Below are positions 12,948 to 26,200 of a stretch of 64,000 nt of DNA, piece by piece. Position 1 is the first letter of the stretch, and each line of letters starts with the position of its first letter. A program made the position numbers and the translations under genes. The notes below the pieces were generated by a model, which did no database searches, was not told the origin of the DNA, and saw only the letters and a program-made list of their open reading frames with translations. Source of the DNA: Hormiphora californensis (Eukaryota > Animalia > Ctenophora); assembly GCA_020137815.1 (NCBI GenBank), contig CM035351.1, forward strand, positions 1,798,001-1,862,000, read 5' to 3'.

Positions 12948-15088
12948 ATGACATCATATAATAAAACTTCCCTAATCTATGATCGTTCTCAGGTTATTGC
13001 CAAGTTGATAGCACCCCCTGGTGGCCCGTCTGACCATGTTAACGAGGGGATTGGTAAGGGGAAGGGAGCCAAGCCAAATAATGATTTTTGTAGTTATTGC
13101 CGGGAGGGAGGAGGGTTGGTTAAAAAGGTGGCCCCCAAAATTTTGGGGGGAAATAAACCAAACAACCCCCCTGGGAAAGTTTTAAAAAATCCAAAAAAAA
13201 CAAAAATTTTTTTTTTTAAAAAACCCCCTCCCCCTTTTGGCCCCCGGCCAAAAAAACCCCCCGGGGGAAGGGTTAAAAAAGGGAAAAAACCCCAAACCCC
13301 CAAAAGGGCCCCCGGTCCCCCGTTCAATCCCTTTTTTTTTTATCAGCAATTGGGGAAATGGAAAACCAAGGCCCCGGGAAAAAAAAGGGGGGGGGGGGGG
13401 GGAAAAAAAACCCCGGGGGCCTTTTTTTTTCCCAAATTTTTTAAAAAAAAAAAAAGGGGGGGGCCCCCCCCCAAAAAAAACCCCCCCCAAAAAAGGGGGG
13501 GAAAAGGGGAAAATTCCCCCTCCCCCTTTCCCCCCCCTTTTTTTCCCCCCCAAAAAAAAACCCCCCCCAAAAAAATTTTTTTAAAAAAAGGGAAGGGGGG
13601 AAGAGAAAGGAAAAAAAAATAAGGGAAGGAAAAAGGGGGGAAAAGGGAGGGAAGGAGGAAAGGGGAAAAACGTTTAATTAGAAAGATAAAAATAAGGAAA
13701 ATCTTGTTTAATATTAATTATATTTTCCTTCCCCCCCCTCTTAAACTCCAGTGCTTTCCCCTTTTTTACCAGTTTCCCCAAGGAAAAAATACAGGAATTT
13801 AAACCCGGTTAAAAGGACGTAATAAAAAAAAAAAAATTTGGGAAATTTTTCCCTTAGACGGGGGAAATGGAAAAAGATGAAAAATGTTTTTGTTTTTTAT
13901 CGCTACTGAAACCCGGGGGTTTTCCCAATTTTCCCCCGGTTTTTTCCCTTTTTTTCCCCTTTTTTCCCCCCCCCTCCCTTTTTCCCCTTTTTTTCCCCCT
14001 TTTTTTTTTTTTTTCTTCCCCCTTTATTCCTTTTCTTTTTTTTCCCCTTTTTTTTTTTAGAATTTTGTGTTTATGGATTAAATTGCCCAACCCAAAAAAA
14101 ACCCCCCGGAAGGGGGGCCAGGGAAGGGAGGGGAAAGGGGAAAAACGAAAAGAGGGGGGAGAGAGAAAAAAAAAGGGGGGAGAAAAGGGGGGGGAGGGAG
14201 AGGGGGGGGAAAAAAAAAAAGGGGGGGTTTTTTTCCCAATTTGTTTCAAAAAAATTTTTTTTTTTTCTCACTCTCTCTCTCTTCTTCCTCTCTTTCATCT
14301 CTAGTGCAAGGGTGGATGGATTAACTTGCTAACAAACAAACTGACATAGAACACCACACTGTGAATGTGGGGGTTGACCAGGGAGAGATGGAGTGAGAGA
14401 GTGAGAAACAGAGAGATAGAGAGAGGGCGAGAGAGAAAGAACATTCGAGAGTACACGCGATGTATATTTCTCCCGCCGTGTGCAGTGGAGAAGGTTGGCG
14501 GGCCGACAAGGAAACACACGCTATGTGTATTCTCTCTCTATCTTTATCACTCTCTCTCTCTCTCTATCTCTCTATCTTTATTTCTCTTTCTTTATTTCTC
14601 TCCTTCCCCACTTTATTTCTATCCCTATCTTTTTTCTCTATCCTTCTCTTTTCCTCCCTTTAACATTATCTCTCTGTACTGTAATGTATTCTGTCTGTTT
14701 CAATGTGTATACTGCGGTGAAGGGAGCGGCCTTGCGTGGGTCTCTCTTCTCTCTATCTCTCTATATATTATTTCTCTCTCTCTCGTTCATTTTGCTCACT
14801 CTTTACTTTTCTATCTTTCTCACGTCTTCACACATCATTTTGTCTCTCCTACATACTCGCTCCCTTTCGATTTATGGATCTGCGCCCCTAACTTGATTTA
14901 GCGTGGAGGGAGGGGAGAGGGAGAGAGGGAGTCAGTTCTACACTCACATTTTCTTCCCTTCCAGCTACCCTCTCTCCCTCCCTCCCTTAGCAGAGTCGTG
15001 TGTAATAAAGTGTGTAGAACATTCTTTACTTCAGCCTCACAATATTTCGTATGAGCATGGGATCACACGACACCCACACACACACACA

Positions 15089-15157
<69 letters not shown>

Positions 15158-15375
15158 CCCCTCTCTCTATCATTCTATCTTTCTTCTCTCTTCTGTCCCC
15201 AAGCAGCAGGATTATGAGACATGTTTACGTTTTACCGCCCAGCCAAGAACATATATTGTCAGTAAATTTTGCAGGTGGCGCATTGCAAGGTTAGCGTTGT
15301 TAGCGTCGAGTGTGTGCGCGCTCTAGATCACTTCGCTCCACAGCAGTAGACCTCGTCCAGAGACCGGGCACACAC

Positions 15376-15470
<95 letters not shown>

Positions 15471-17937
15471 CTACATACCTCTAGCACCTCTTTGACGCCC
15501 CTCCCCTCCCTCACAGAATGCTGATAATGTGTACCTAAGTAAAGCCGTGTATGATATTGGACCTGTACCTACACCCTACGAGCTACCCTCTGACCTTCAC
15601 CCAACGTCTGATCTTCCTGGAAATACAGGTATTATCATCTTGGAATAGTTCGAGACTCTTATTGGAATTGTCATACTACATGACTGTAATGTCTCGGTTC
15701 GGTTCGGAGAGGGTAGTCTTTTGTGAGACAATATTGCACACTGTCCCATTTTATCGCCCTCACTACTTCACATACTCCCATCTCTCAGAACTGCAATCTC
15801 GGAAAAGGCGGAATCTAAACCCTACAACATACGAGCAGAGCAAACGGAAATTCAACTCATCCTACCCCTTTGATCTACACCATTTCACCCCAACCGCGGT
15901 GTGCTATAAATGTGATAAGAGTGATAGGGGTAATAAACCCCTAATATTTTGTGGATACTGTCCGCTGGCATTTCACCTCGACTGTATCTTCCCTCCCCTT
16001 CCGTTCCGGCCGTCAGGACTGTGGATGTGCCCCCTGCACCCTCAATACAGCACAGACCGTAAGTGTGTGTCCTTCCAGGGTCCACAATGTGATTTCTGGG
16101 TGGCATCTGATGAGGGAATGGGTTGTCCTTAATGTAATGCCTGCTCTTGGGGTAGCTCGAGAATATTCTAGAACATTCTTAACCTCTTTATTCCACCCTT
16201 CAGGTTTCCATTCCCTCCGGCTGAGTGAGCGGATTAAGGCTCATGAGAGAATGTTAGAAGCGGTCAATGAACATGACGTGAGGGAGAAGTTCCTTAAAAA
16301 GTCTCGAGATAACCAGGCTTCTCTGGAGGGGGTGCAGCGGATAACAAGTGTAAGTGAGATCTGTACAACTAAGAAATACGACTAAGTACAAGAAATACGA
16401 CTAAGAAATACGACATTTTACTTTTCCAGATACTCCAGTTTTCCTACATCTCTAATTTAACTCTTATCCAGATACCAGAAGCGATACACCAATACTACGA
16501 ACTGGGTCTCCTGTATTGTAGAACCAAGGCCCGGGCTCCCAAATCACTGAAAACTCTATCGGCTGAGAAGGTAGCAGCTGGGATGGCGGCACGAGACACT
16601 GAGTCATGTCATCGTACCACCACCACTAAGGACTGTAAACACCCCTTACAAGGTAACTGCAACTCAGTTCCTGCAACTGACACAACTCTCTTCCAGCCCA
16701 AATATCCTGCAACTGACAACTCTCTTCCAGACCAAATATCCTGCAGATATATTTCCCCGTGTCCCTAACACAGCTCTCTTCTATCCCAGGCCCAGATATA
16801 CTGAAGGGAATGTCAGACGAGGCAGTTCGGAAACTAGCAATCCAGTTCTTGAGTGGAGGAAAGAAACCTGTTAATGGGGTCGTAAAACTAAACACCAAAA
16901 CCTTCCCCGTACCTCACCCACTAAAAGGACCGGTCAAGAAAAAAGGTAATAGGAACATCTAGGGACGTGTTGTTGTTATGTTGTTCCTATTTTCTAATCT
17001 CTCTCTGCCCTAGACTCCGCCCAGTGCCCCTAACCTGCTCCTTCTCTCCCCCGGAAACTAACCTGTCTCTCCTTGTCAGGAAACTGCCTGTCCCTAACCT
17101 GTCCCTCCTTATCAGGAAACTACCTGCCCCTAACGCCCATCTCTCTCCTTATCAGGAAACTACCTGCCCCTAACCTGTCTCTCCTTATCAGGAAACTGCC
17201 TAACCCCTCTCTATATCCTTATCAGGAAACTACCTGCCCCTAACCCCCCCTCTCTCTCTCCTTATCAGGAAACTACCTGCCCCTGGAGCATATTGTTCCA
17301 CATTCCTTCCTGGTAGAGGGAGAAACAAGGCATCCCATCAAGAGAAACTCCTTCACCATCGGGACAGGTATGTACTAGAACCATCCAGAGTTAGTAGAAG
17401 ATGGAATATATATTTGGACCAGAACCATCCAGAATTAGATAAAATTTGTTGAGTTTTAACCCTCCTTTACATGAGACAGGGTCGAACAAGGCAAGATAAG
17501 ATATATATTTTCACCTAACTTCGCCCAATGTATGACGTACTGTATTTCTCACGCCCTCCCTCTCCTCAGATAAGCGTGCTAATCTGTGTCTGGAAGAAGA
17601 TTGTGAGGCCATCTCATTCCGTCACTGCTGTATATCATTTGACAAAGTAACGGGTGTGCACGAGTTGTTAAACTACAGCGAGTACGGTGTGACAGTCAAT
17701 GAGATCTTGTACGGATGTCACAGTGGTTCAGTGGTGCGGTGTCCCCGGTGTTCACCCCAGTCCTCTCTTCATGGCTGGGAGGGTCCCTGTCAACTGGCCA
17801 ATGGTGCAACCATCCGCATCGGATGTCACTCTTTCTCCTTTGAGACGAACCCAGACTTTTTGTTGAGCCCTGATAGTTGTGTGGCGGTGGACAGGGCATG
17901 TCAAAGCAAACGGAACAGTCTTGATTTTATGACATAG
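12948..17937 (+). CDS. PHF12: PHD finger protein 12 (PHD-PHD-FHA); first PHD destroyed by garbled sequence
   Basis: N-terminus IYDRSQVIAKLIAPP...NNDFCSYCREGG resembles PHF12. Exons 15517-15628, 15789-16058 (PHD CYKC..CGYCPLAFHLDC..WMCPLH), 16204-16349, 16472-16652, 16790-16945, 17269-17367, 17570-17937 (FHA-like IGT..ISFRHCCI..ELLNYSEYGVTVN). Confidence 0.88.
13120..14275. other. Homopolymer-garbled low-quality assembly segment
   Basis: Abrupt switch in the middle of a PHD domain to runs of A/C/G/T homopolymers. ORFs here are K/G/P/F noise. Confidence 0.85.
15379..15468. repeat. (CA)n microsatellite
   Basis: About 45 CA units, seen directly. Confidence 0.95.
17050..17285 (+). repeat. ~36-bp intronic tandem repeat that duplicates a PHF12 splice acceptor
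   Basis: About six copies of ccttatcag|gaaactacctgccccta. The last copy is the acceptor used for exon 17269. Confidence 0.85.
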
Positions 17938-18649
17938 TACAGGGGTGATTAACACACGTGTTGTGTTGGTTTTCCTCCCCCATTTTGGTTCTATTTATTA
18001 CAGCTCAATACAAGTCAGAAACTTAGCGTTTAATTTTAGACTCTTGTCTCAACTACCCTTTCAGTACCTTGCCCCAAACTCCCCTTGTCCCAAATACCCT
18101 CGGTACCCTGCCCTAACTCCCCATTGCCCTAACTCCCCTTGTCCTAACCCTTCCACTAATGACTAACCATTACACTTGTCAACACTGTCTCAACTCTCAG
18201 GATCCATAGTATCAATACAACAACAAGCATTACCCTGTGTTTATCTCACTGTATGACGGGGTCTTGTGTCCCTCTCGTTAGTATGCAACCGCGTCAGAAC
18301 ATATTAGATCACGTTCTATTTTCACCCACATTTGCCGGAACTGTCTCTCATTTTCGATCTCTCTCTGTGTGACCTTATGTATAACATTCCACCTCCTCCT
18401 CCTTGATCAAATAAAGAGGGTCACTTGATATGTGTCCAGCTGCTACTGCTGCAGTATGTCCAATGTCTCTCTCCCTGCCTCTTCCCGAAACTTCCCTTTC
18501 CCCGAAGCTAATTATTTACATTATATACGGTGTGACCTCAGCCGCCCTTCTCGCGTTATCTCAGATAATGTTACCCGGACTTTCGATTGCTTTCTTGTCG
18601 CTATCGTCACACGATATATAACATTCTAACTTCATTTCTATATCTAGCC

Positions 18650-21046
18650 ATGCCCACTGATGTTCATCGTAAGCCCTCCTCGAGAGAGGGAACACTGAAA
18701 GACGGATCTTTAAAATCACCTGGAAGCTCAATGAACCGAAGCTTTAAAAACAAGTATGCTTCCTTTTTCTGCTGTTTGTTTCCTCCTCATTATTTTCCAA
18801 TATTGCGTTGTTAAAACCCTTGTTTATAGTTTGTTAACTTTGTCCTCTCTGCAGGTCAACTCTAGTCCGGAGACTCAGCAAGCGTATCCGACGTGTTGTT
18901 GATAAACCCCTTGACGATAGCATCCACTCTGATGACGCTCTGATTTCCAAAGTAGCAGGTCTCAACTCCCCGGGGAAGCCCGTCACCAAGTCTACCAGTC
19001 TAAACAGGGACAAGAACGGGGTTACAACCCAACTACCTGGTATTAGAGCTAGAGGCACCACCCGTCGTCGCAGGGTTGGATCTCACACCATCTCTAAGTG
19101 CTCCTTTGATTTGAAGGATTTTGAGGAGTACTCTAGGGAGGATATCCCTAAGTTGGTTACACATTTCGAGAACTGCGAGGATCCTGCCCATATCCTACCT
19201 CAGCGGCTGGAGTCACACATATCATTCTCCTCAAAACCTCCCTTTTTAAAGGTAACTCATGTCTAGGAATGGTTTTTAAATTTATTGGAATTTTTATATT
19301 TTCTAGTTTCAGCAGGATTGTTAACACGGGGTTAACACATGTATTTCTCGTACTCAGGTTAAAACTGCAGAGATTCCAGATACAGAGTATGTAGAGGAAC
19401 ACAAGAATGACCCAGAGATCCAGAAGATTATCGACCTGATTGTAAAACGTGGTAAGCAATACTTCGTGTATACTTGTGTGCATACTCGTGTATCACTGCA
19501 CTGGCAAGTGGCCCGGGGCCCATCCACCCCCCCCCTTTCCTAGAAAGAAAGAAAAATGCGAGGGGCCGACAGGCCCCGAAGCTAGAGAGAGAGAATGAGT
19601 GTGTTTGAAGTAGGTACACTAGGGGAAAGAAGCCTCTAAAGTGCACACTCTCCCTTTCACTTCTACAGTGCAGTACCATACGAACGCGACGAGACCGGAT
19701 TTCAGGATCAAATTACACAAGCATGCAGTTGAACTAGAGTTTTGAAACTTGGTATCCAGCCTTCCTTTTACTATCACTGCTGGAATCCAAAGTTACAGAC
19801 TGATTGGATCTAAGATACCGAAACGGTAGTGGTGTCAAATCCGGGTATAAAAGTGTCGTCGATAGATCTATATATACACGACCCAAATCCCGGGAGCTTA
19901 GCTCTTGAAAACGGTAAAAGCTTCGAAGTTGAAATTTTGTGGAGTCATAGTTCTTGATAGGGTGCGTGTAGTAGGATATTTTTCGAGTCATAAATCCTTA
20001 ATTAAGACCTAATTATGCCCTAATTAAATATGCATTTCCCACCTATCTCCGGACTGGGTGGTCGGAGAGACTTCTTTTATAGCTTATCCGAACCGGAAAC
20101 GTCGATTTATGGGGGGTCGTTCCCCGAACAAAAAGTCGTATCTCGCACCCTTCTGGATTTATTCACATATTTATGATTTTATGTATATCTTGAATATCTT
20201 TTAACCGGTTGATGTTAGGGACATGAAACATGTCTAATTCGACGTAGAATGGTCGATTTATGGGGGGTCGTTCCCCGAACAAAAAGCCGTATCTCGCACC
20301 CTTCTTAAGTTATGCACATATTTATGATTTAATACAATCATTCGCTGAATGGCTGATACTAGAAACTTTGAATTGGTGTTTGACGTAAAAAGATCGAAGT
20401 ATATGCAGCATATTTACCAAAAAAAAGAAACGTCATACCAAAAAGAAGAGAAACTAGTACCAAAAACCAATCAAATTGGTTTGGATGACCCGGGGCCCAA
20501 AGGCGTCGGGATGCAAAATGTTGGTAGGATAAAACATTACTTTTGTAGGAAATCTAAAAAAGCGTCAAGAAAAACACTATTGTAGCTGGTGAAGGTCGCA
20601 TCTCGACGCCTTTGGGCCCCGGGTCATCCAAACCAATTTGATTGGTTTTTGGTACTAGTAATACAACTATACTCCGCCTCCTTTAGAACTGACGGTGAGA
20701 GAAAGAAGAATCATACGTTATTCTTCTTTCTCTCACCGCCAGTATTATAGGAGGGGGAGTAAAGTTGGTTCTTTCCTACGTGATCTCGAGCCTCGTTCTT
20801 TGAACCCCATAGTACCCTCTCTCCCTCCCCTACTATATACATCATCTCCTAATACCTCCTTTCCCCCCAACTGCAGCTGAGGATCTGAACGCAGCAGCAG
20901 CATCCGGAGACAATGAGGCACGGGAGATGTTACTTGAGACAGAGAGCAGCATGCGCTGGTACCTTGTCCACAGAACCTGGGAGTCTGTCAAGAGATCTTC
21001 CAGGATGATCGACTGGGGACGACTATTGGGCATGCTAATACCTTAA
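18650..21046 (+). CDS. Uncharacterised 4-exon protein (~254 aa), basic Ser-rich N-terminus
   Basis: Exons 18650-18753, 18855-19251, 19358-19451, 20877-21046 total 765 nt, all GT-AG and phase-consistent: MPTDVHRKPSSREG...SSMRWYLVHRTWESVKRSSRMIDWGRLLGMLIP*. Confidence 0.75.
19495..20450. mobile_element. Probable non-autonomous element in the intron of the orphan gene (class uncertain, possibly Helitron/Helentron-like)
   Basis: Short inverted repeat actgcactg..aagtg/cactt..cagtgcagt at 19495-19675. Internal ~75-bp direct repeat (gtcgatttatggggggtcgttccccgaacaaaaag) at 20101 and 20253. Confidence 0.45.
20453..20659. mobile_element. 207-bp palindromic element with ~60-bp inverted ends, each resembling a Helitron 3' terminus
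   Basis: actagtaccaaaaaccaatcaaattggtttggatgacccggggcccaaaggcgtcg and its reverse complement. Each end has the hairpin aaaccaat-nnn-attggttt followed by CTAG|T. Confidence 0.7.
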
Positions 21047-22250
21047 ATTATTCGGGACTAAATATGAGAGACTGTATTTTGTTTTTGAGGAACTATTCGT
21101 GCGTTTTCTAATTTGTACCCGACCCTACTTGATGATTTGCTCCAGGAGAGAAAGTAGAATCAGGTATAAACTAGTCAATTCGAGTGTCTGTATCTTTTGT
21201 TTATGTTGTAAATTATTCAGTGTGTGTGTCCAGGGTTGCTCTATATTAGAGGTGTTTTGTGGCAGGTATGTTCAGCACACGAGCTCGCACCAGGCCAGTT
21301 TAGATCGGGCATCTTCTCGTGTCCCTAACAGTGTGACGTTACAAACGTTGTGGTGCCAGCTAGGTGATCTCTTGAGTCTTGGAGAAATGTCTTTTTTGGA
21401 CTGTAGAGAGACAGAGACAGAGACAGAGACAGAGCCGGGTCAGTATACCGCTTTTTTAATGATAAGTTTCACATACCACATCTACCTTTTATAGTTCGCT
21501 GAGGTTTCCCTCCTTTCTTATTGAATAAGGGGTGGTCTCTTACCCCTTACCCAACAACTCCTTTGAGCATGGGGCTTGAAACTTGTCATGATATATTTGG
21601 ATGATTTTATAATGTTTGTGTTTTATGATGTTGTGAGCGGGTTCAAGAGTTGTATTTGTGGATATATCATATCATTATCACCCCTATTTTATTATTTTTA
21701 CGATAGATATATAGAGGTACTTTCAGTGGAAAACAGAGAAAGTGCCATAATATAATATAATGACACTTTCTCTGTTTTTAGAGTCAATCGTGTTGATACC
21801 TCAAACAGTGATAAGAGGAGTTTTATAGCAGAATATTTTTTATGCTAAACTTATGCTGAATAACATGAATTGATATATGTAGACTTTTTGAATTGTTTTT
21901 CCCTCAGGTCCAGTAATCAATGTATCAATGATACTTTCATTTAATTCTGTTATGAAACTCGGTATTTTCACTGTCTTGCAAGGGATTTCAACCAGTGGTT
22001 CAATCACATAACAAGTGGTTCTTTCTGGCGGTACTGATCCCATTTTGGCAGTGCGCTCATATCGGGTCGGCGTCGCCAGACAAGTCAAGAATGGACTGAT
22101 ATCCAATGCCCATGGAAGTTCAACTCCACTGGATCCAAAACAACACTGTGGGACACATGATGCGCGTTATACTGCTGAAACGCTGAACTTTCTACATAAG
22201 AATGTACGCGCGAGCTACATTTATCTTTCAAGTGTAAAACATTCTGCGAA

Positions 22251-23006
22251 TTTACCCGGCACGAGTAGAAACTGGGAATATCCATATAATAATTTCCAAA
22301 ATGTTAGTCCGATAATTGTTTTCTCCCTACTCCTCCTACAGTTTTTGAGCTAGACCCCTGAAAATTTGTACACTGGTACTTTGGACCAAGGCGGGTGTAA
22401 GTACGGGCTCAGATTTTTGATCCGATCTTTACAACAGTGACGTCACGGGGTGACGTCATTGCGCCAAAAATACTTACATTTTTCAAACGCTTCTAAGACC
22501 CTGAAAACGGCTCTAAATCAAAAAACTAACGCAATAGTGGGGAAAGAGAATCGTTTGAACTTCATTTTACATGATAGCGATTTCCCGTAACTCAATGTTT
22601 AAGGGTCGTAAATCGCGTCGGGAAAGTTAAAAATGCCAAAAATACGATATTTTTCACCGTAGCCACCCAAAATCTTATCCAATCGATATGAAACTTGGTC
22701 GTTATGTGAACTTTAATGTCCTTTGGCCAGGGGTTCCCGGAAAACGGATTGGCAAGATGAGAACTGACCGGAGTTCTTATAATTCTAAATTCACGAATTT
22801 GGAATTTTTCCTCGACTTTTTTTGGCGACATAAAACGCGAGGAAATTTTCAATGAATTTTAAAATTTTACACTGCGCGCGTAATTCTAGGTTCCGCGCGC
22901 GGCGTAAAAAAGCAGCGCTTTTTTGGAAAAATTCGCGCGTTACAGTAAATGATTTACCAATTACCATTTACCAGGTCACGGGTTCCCAGCAAACGGGTAC
23001 TCTAGT
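22251..23006 (+). mobile_element. Helitron/Helentron-like non-autonomous element
   Basis: Starts tttacccggcacg...actggga and ends tcccagcaaacgggtactCTAGt (partial sub-terminal inverted repeat plus CTAG terminus). Non-coding and CpG-rich inside. Confidence 0.5.
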
Positions 23007-23299
23007 AATTTATAAAATGAATCACAAGTTTCTTTTTGGATGTAAAGTTTTTGTAAAAGAGCAAACACACACAAGTTTCATTTTCAGTGAAAACTCCCCA
23101 TCAACATGCAATGATCTGTCTTTGAATCTCCTTATGAACAAAACCATGTATGTGTAATCGTATGTGTCACGAAATAATCAAATATGTACAAACATAAGCG
23201 AGTGAAAGGCTGTGAAAGTGAATACTATATAGTCCCCTTGACACTACTATGTAAACACTGAATAAATTTCCCATGATAGACCCTGACAGCAGCTGTATC

Positions 23300-26200
23300 T
23301 CAGTTTCCTTTCAATATGTTTTCATTCTGTATCAAATAGTCCACTATATCCTTGAAGGACCACCGCTCCACTTTTGGTTTCCAGCACCACTGAAATGATA
23401 GGGACTTGAGAGGGGTAATATAAACGATAGTGGGGATTGGAATGAAACTGGATGATAAGTAGATGTGTGTATCAGTTTGGTACACCTCTCTCAGTCTCTC
23501 CCTACCCTCTCTCACTCTCCTACCCTTTCTCCTACCCTCTCTCTCTCTCCTACCGTTATGATGTGTCTGAAGACAGGAGGCGCCTTCTCAGGAATCTCCA
23601 TCCTCCTCCCTGCATCAAAGAACTCCTTCAACATTTTAATATCTCGAATGGGAGGGTCGCAGTCCAGATAAGGCACCTGTCAGAGACAGATATATTCCTT
23701 AGGCACTCCACAGAGGAAACAAGATGATTAGGAACTATAAAAGTAGAATGAAACAACTCTCTCTCACCGTTTATAGGGTTAGAAAATGAGTATATTACCT
23801 CGGCGTTGTTGAATATTTCACAGCAGGTAATCCCATAGGACCAGACATCCAGGCTCTTCCCGTACACTTGGGTTTCAAAGAATTCAGGGGGATACCACAG
23901 ATAGGGTATAACACCCGTCTTATGCTTGTAGTATTGCTTCTCTATCGACTGGGGGGGGGGGGTTGTTTGGTGACTCAGTAAAATGATTGAACAGAAAGAT
24001 GTTTGGATATATTTACCCGCGACAGTCCAAGATCAGATATCCGAACTTTGTGGTGGCTCTGAACTAGGACATTACGAGTTGAGAGATCTCTGTGAATGTA
24101 GTTCTGGTCAGATAGAAACTCCATCCCTTCTGCAATCTGGGCGGCAAAAGTACACAACCGCTCAACCTGCAGCAAGAGAAGGGGGAGGTGAAATAAATCT
24201 CACGAGATTAGCAATGAAGGAGTGATTGAGCGAGATGCTATCACTTCTTGTCGCAGATATATACTAGATATATGTGAAAGATATGTATCTGATTACAAGA
24301 GATATAGAATGTGGAGGTAATTACATACGGGTATATCGACGTGTTGTTCTATGTATTTATCAAGAGATCCCAGCCTGTACATGTTCATTATTAGCCACAC
24401 ACTGCCATCTCGGTTGTGCACACCTGGGAGTCAGAAGAGAGATATATTAGAGTTGATTGACTTGCTCAACCCTCTCTTAACACTTTGTAACGCAGGGTAA
24501 TATCAGAGAGTTGTTCAGACTATCTCGTGCGGCAGCTCCAATCCAGTTAGATTGTAGGACTAAAAAGTGTTTAGCGTTCTCAGTGGGCCTGGGTCCTGGG
24601 CCACAAATGCGATTGACGTAAACTTTATCTATTTTATGTCTGACTTAGAACAACTACTCGCCTCTCAATGGTATGATGTATTCATGTTTCAACTGTTGCA
24701 TTGCATTGATCTCCTTCTGTATATCAACAGCTTTAATCTCGGGGTGGAACACTTTAACAGCCACCTCACTGCCTCCCTCGGCCCCATTATTCCGGAGTCG
24801 ACCAATGTACACACTAGCAAAGTTACCCTGTCCAATAATAGTGTTGGTAATGGTGATCTCCTCCTCTACTGCACCACTCTCACCCAGTCCTCCGATGTAG
24901 TCCTGATAGGGGTGGATGTATTGGGCAGATCTGTAATGAATCAGACCTTCCAGATTAATAGTAATAAAATGATCAATACTAACTTCTCGGAAGAAAAAAA
25001 AATACAAAAACAAAGCCATCTTCAGAAGCTGCTCACTTTCCAGGCTACAATAATTCACCTGTTCGTCCTCTTGTTCTTGCTCTCCTTCATTCCTGTAATC
25101 AGCACCAAACTCCCCATAACCACCACCGTCATCATCATCATCATCATCATCATCTTCACCCCACATTGCCCCATCTCCCTCTTCCTCCTCCTCCTCTAGG
25201 TATAATCCCTCCTCGTCATACCCGTTCAGATCTTCATAATTATCGAACACACGACAGAAGTCTGCAGATGTAAAGCATATCTGACCGTTTACCTGGGGGA
25301 TATGGATACTATTATCATTACGTTCATGACTCACGACTATCCTAATCAGATGAGGGGTAAACTGGCCAATAACCACTTTGACAAATATTGTTAAATTAAG
25401 GACTGAAATCACACTGAAATCACACTGAAATCACACTGAAATCACACACTGTACCTCCTCCATTCTCAGTTCCTCTAAGTTGTCAGGTTTGGCATCCAGA
25501 TTAGCGAAGGTGTACCCACACTCGATAGGGCTGTTGTATTTGGTATCCAGTAACTCTACCACTTTACTAACAGAATCTACCTGCAACAGTGTATAATTAA
25601 TGATACGGACACAGTGTCAGGCGACTCAACAACAGGGTGGAAAGTAGTAGACACTATTGCAACTGTGTAACAAATATAATGTAACTAAAACTACAAATCT
25701 AATAAAAATCAAATAGAGAATCGTTTCAAACCTACCACGTCCGTTCTGAGACAGTACTGAATTGTGTTCTCCAGCATGGCGGTGAGGAACTCATTACTGT
25801 TAACAACAGCAAGGTGGGGTTTATACCAGTCATCCCTTGACTTGCCCAGCTGTTCCACTAACATGGCATCCGTTATGTGGTTCATGGGAAGTTGGGCATC
25901 GTGGAACAACTGCCATAGCGCCACACCAAAACACCATCTGGGAAGTAATGGGGTTAGATGATCAGTGGGGTTAATACAGAGAGTTGGTTATAATGAACAC
26001 GACCTAGAATTGCCCAGAGGTTGAAACATCAAATCATGTCTGTACAGTTTACTACTGCAAGATCAGACAAATGTTGGAACATGTAAAGCATGCCTAAACA
26101 GGTTTCCCTACCTGTCCGTTTCCTCGGTGAACTGTTGATCAAAGAGACTCTCCTTGGGTAGCCATCTAGAAGGATGGAACCTCGCCTCTCCCAGACTCTT

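Noticed and set aside
13094-14304. K/G/P/F-rich ORFs on both strands
   Set aside because: They arise from homopolymer-garbled sequence. The same applies at ~34270-34420, 35330-35500 and 42600-43010.
21260-22285. Possible small minus-strand gene (ORF 21840-22106 and exon-like pieces near 21400 and 21500)
   Set aside because: I could not build a phase-consistent model or recognise a domain.
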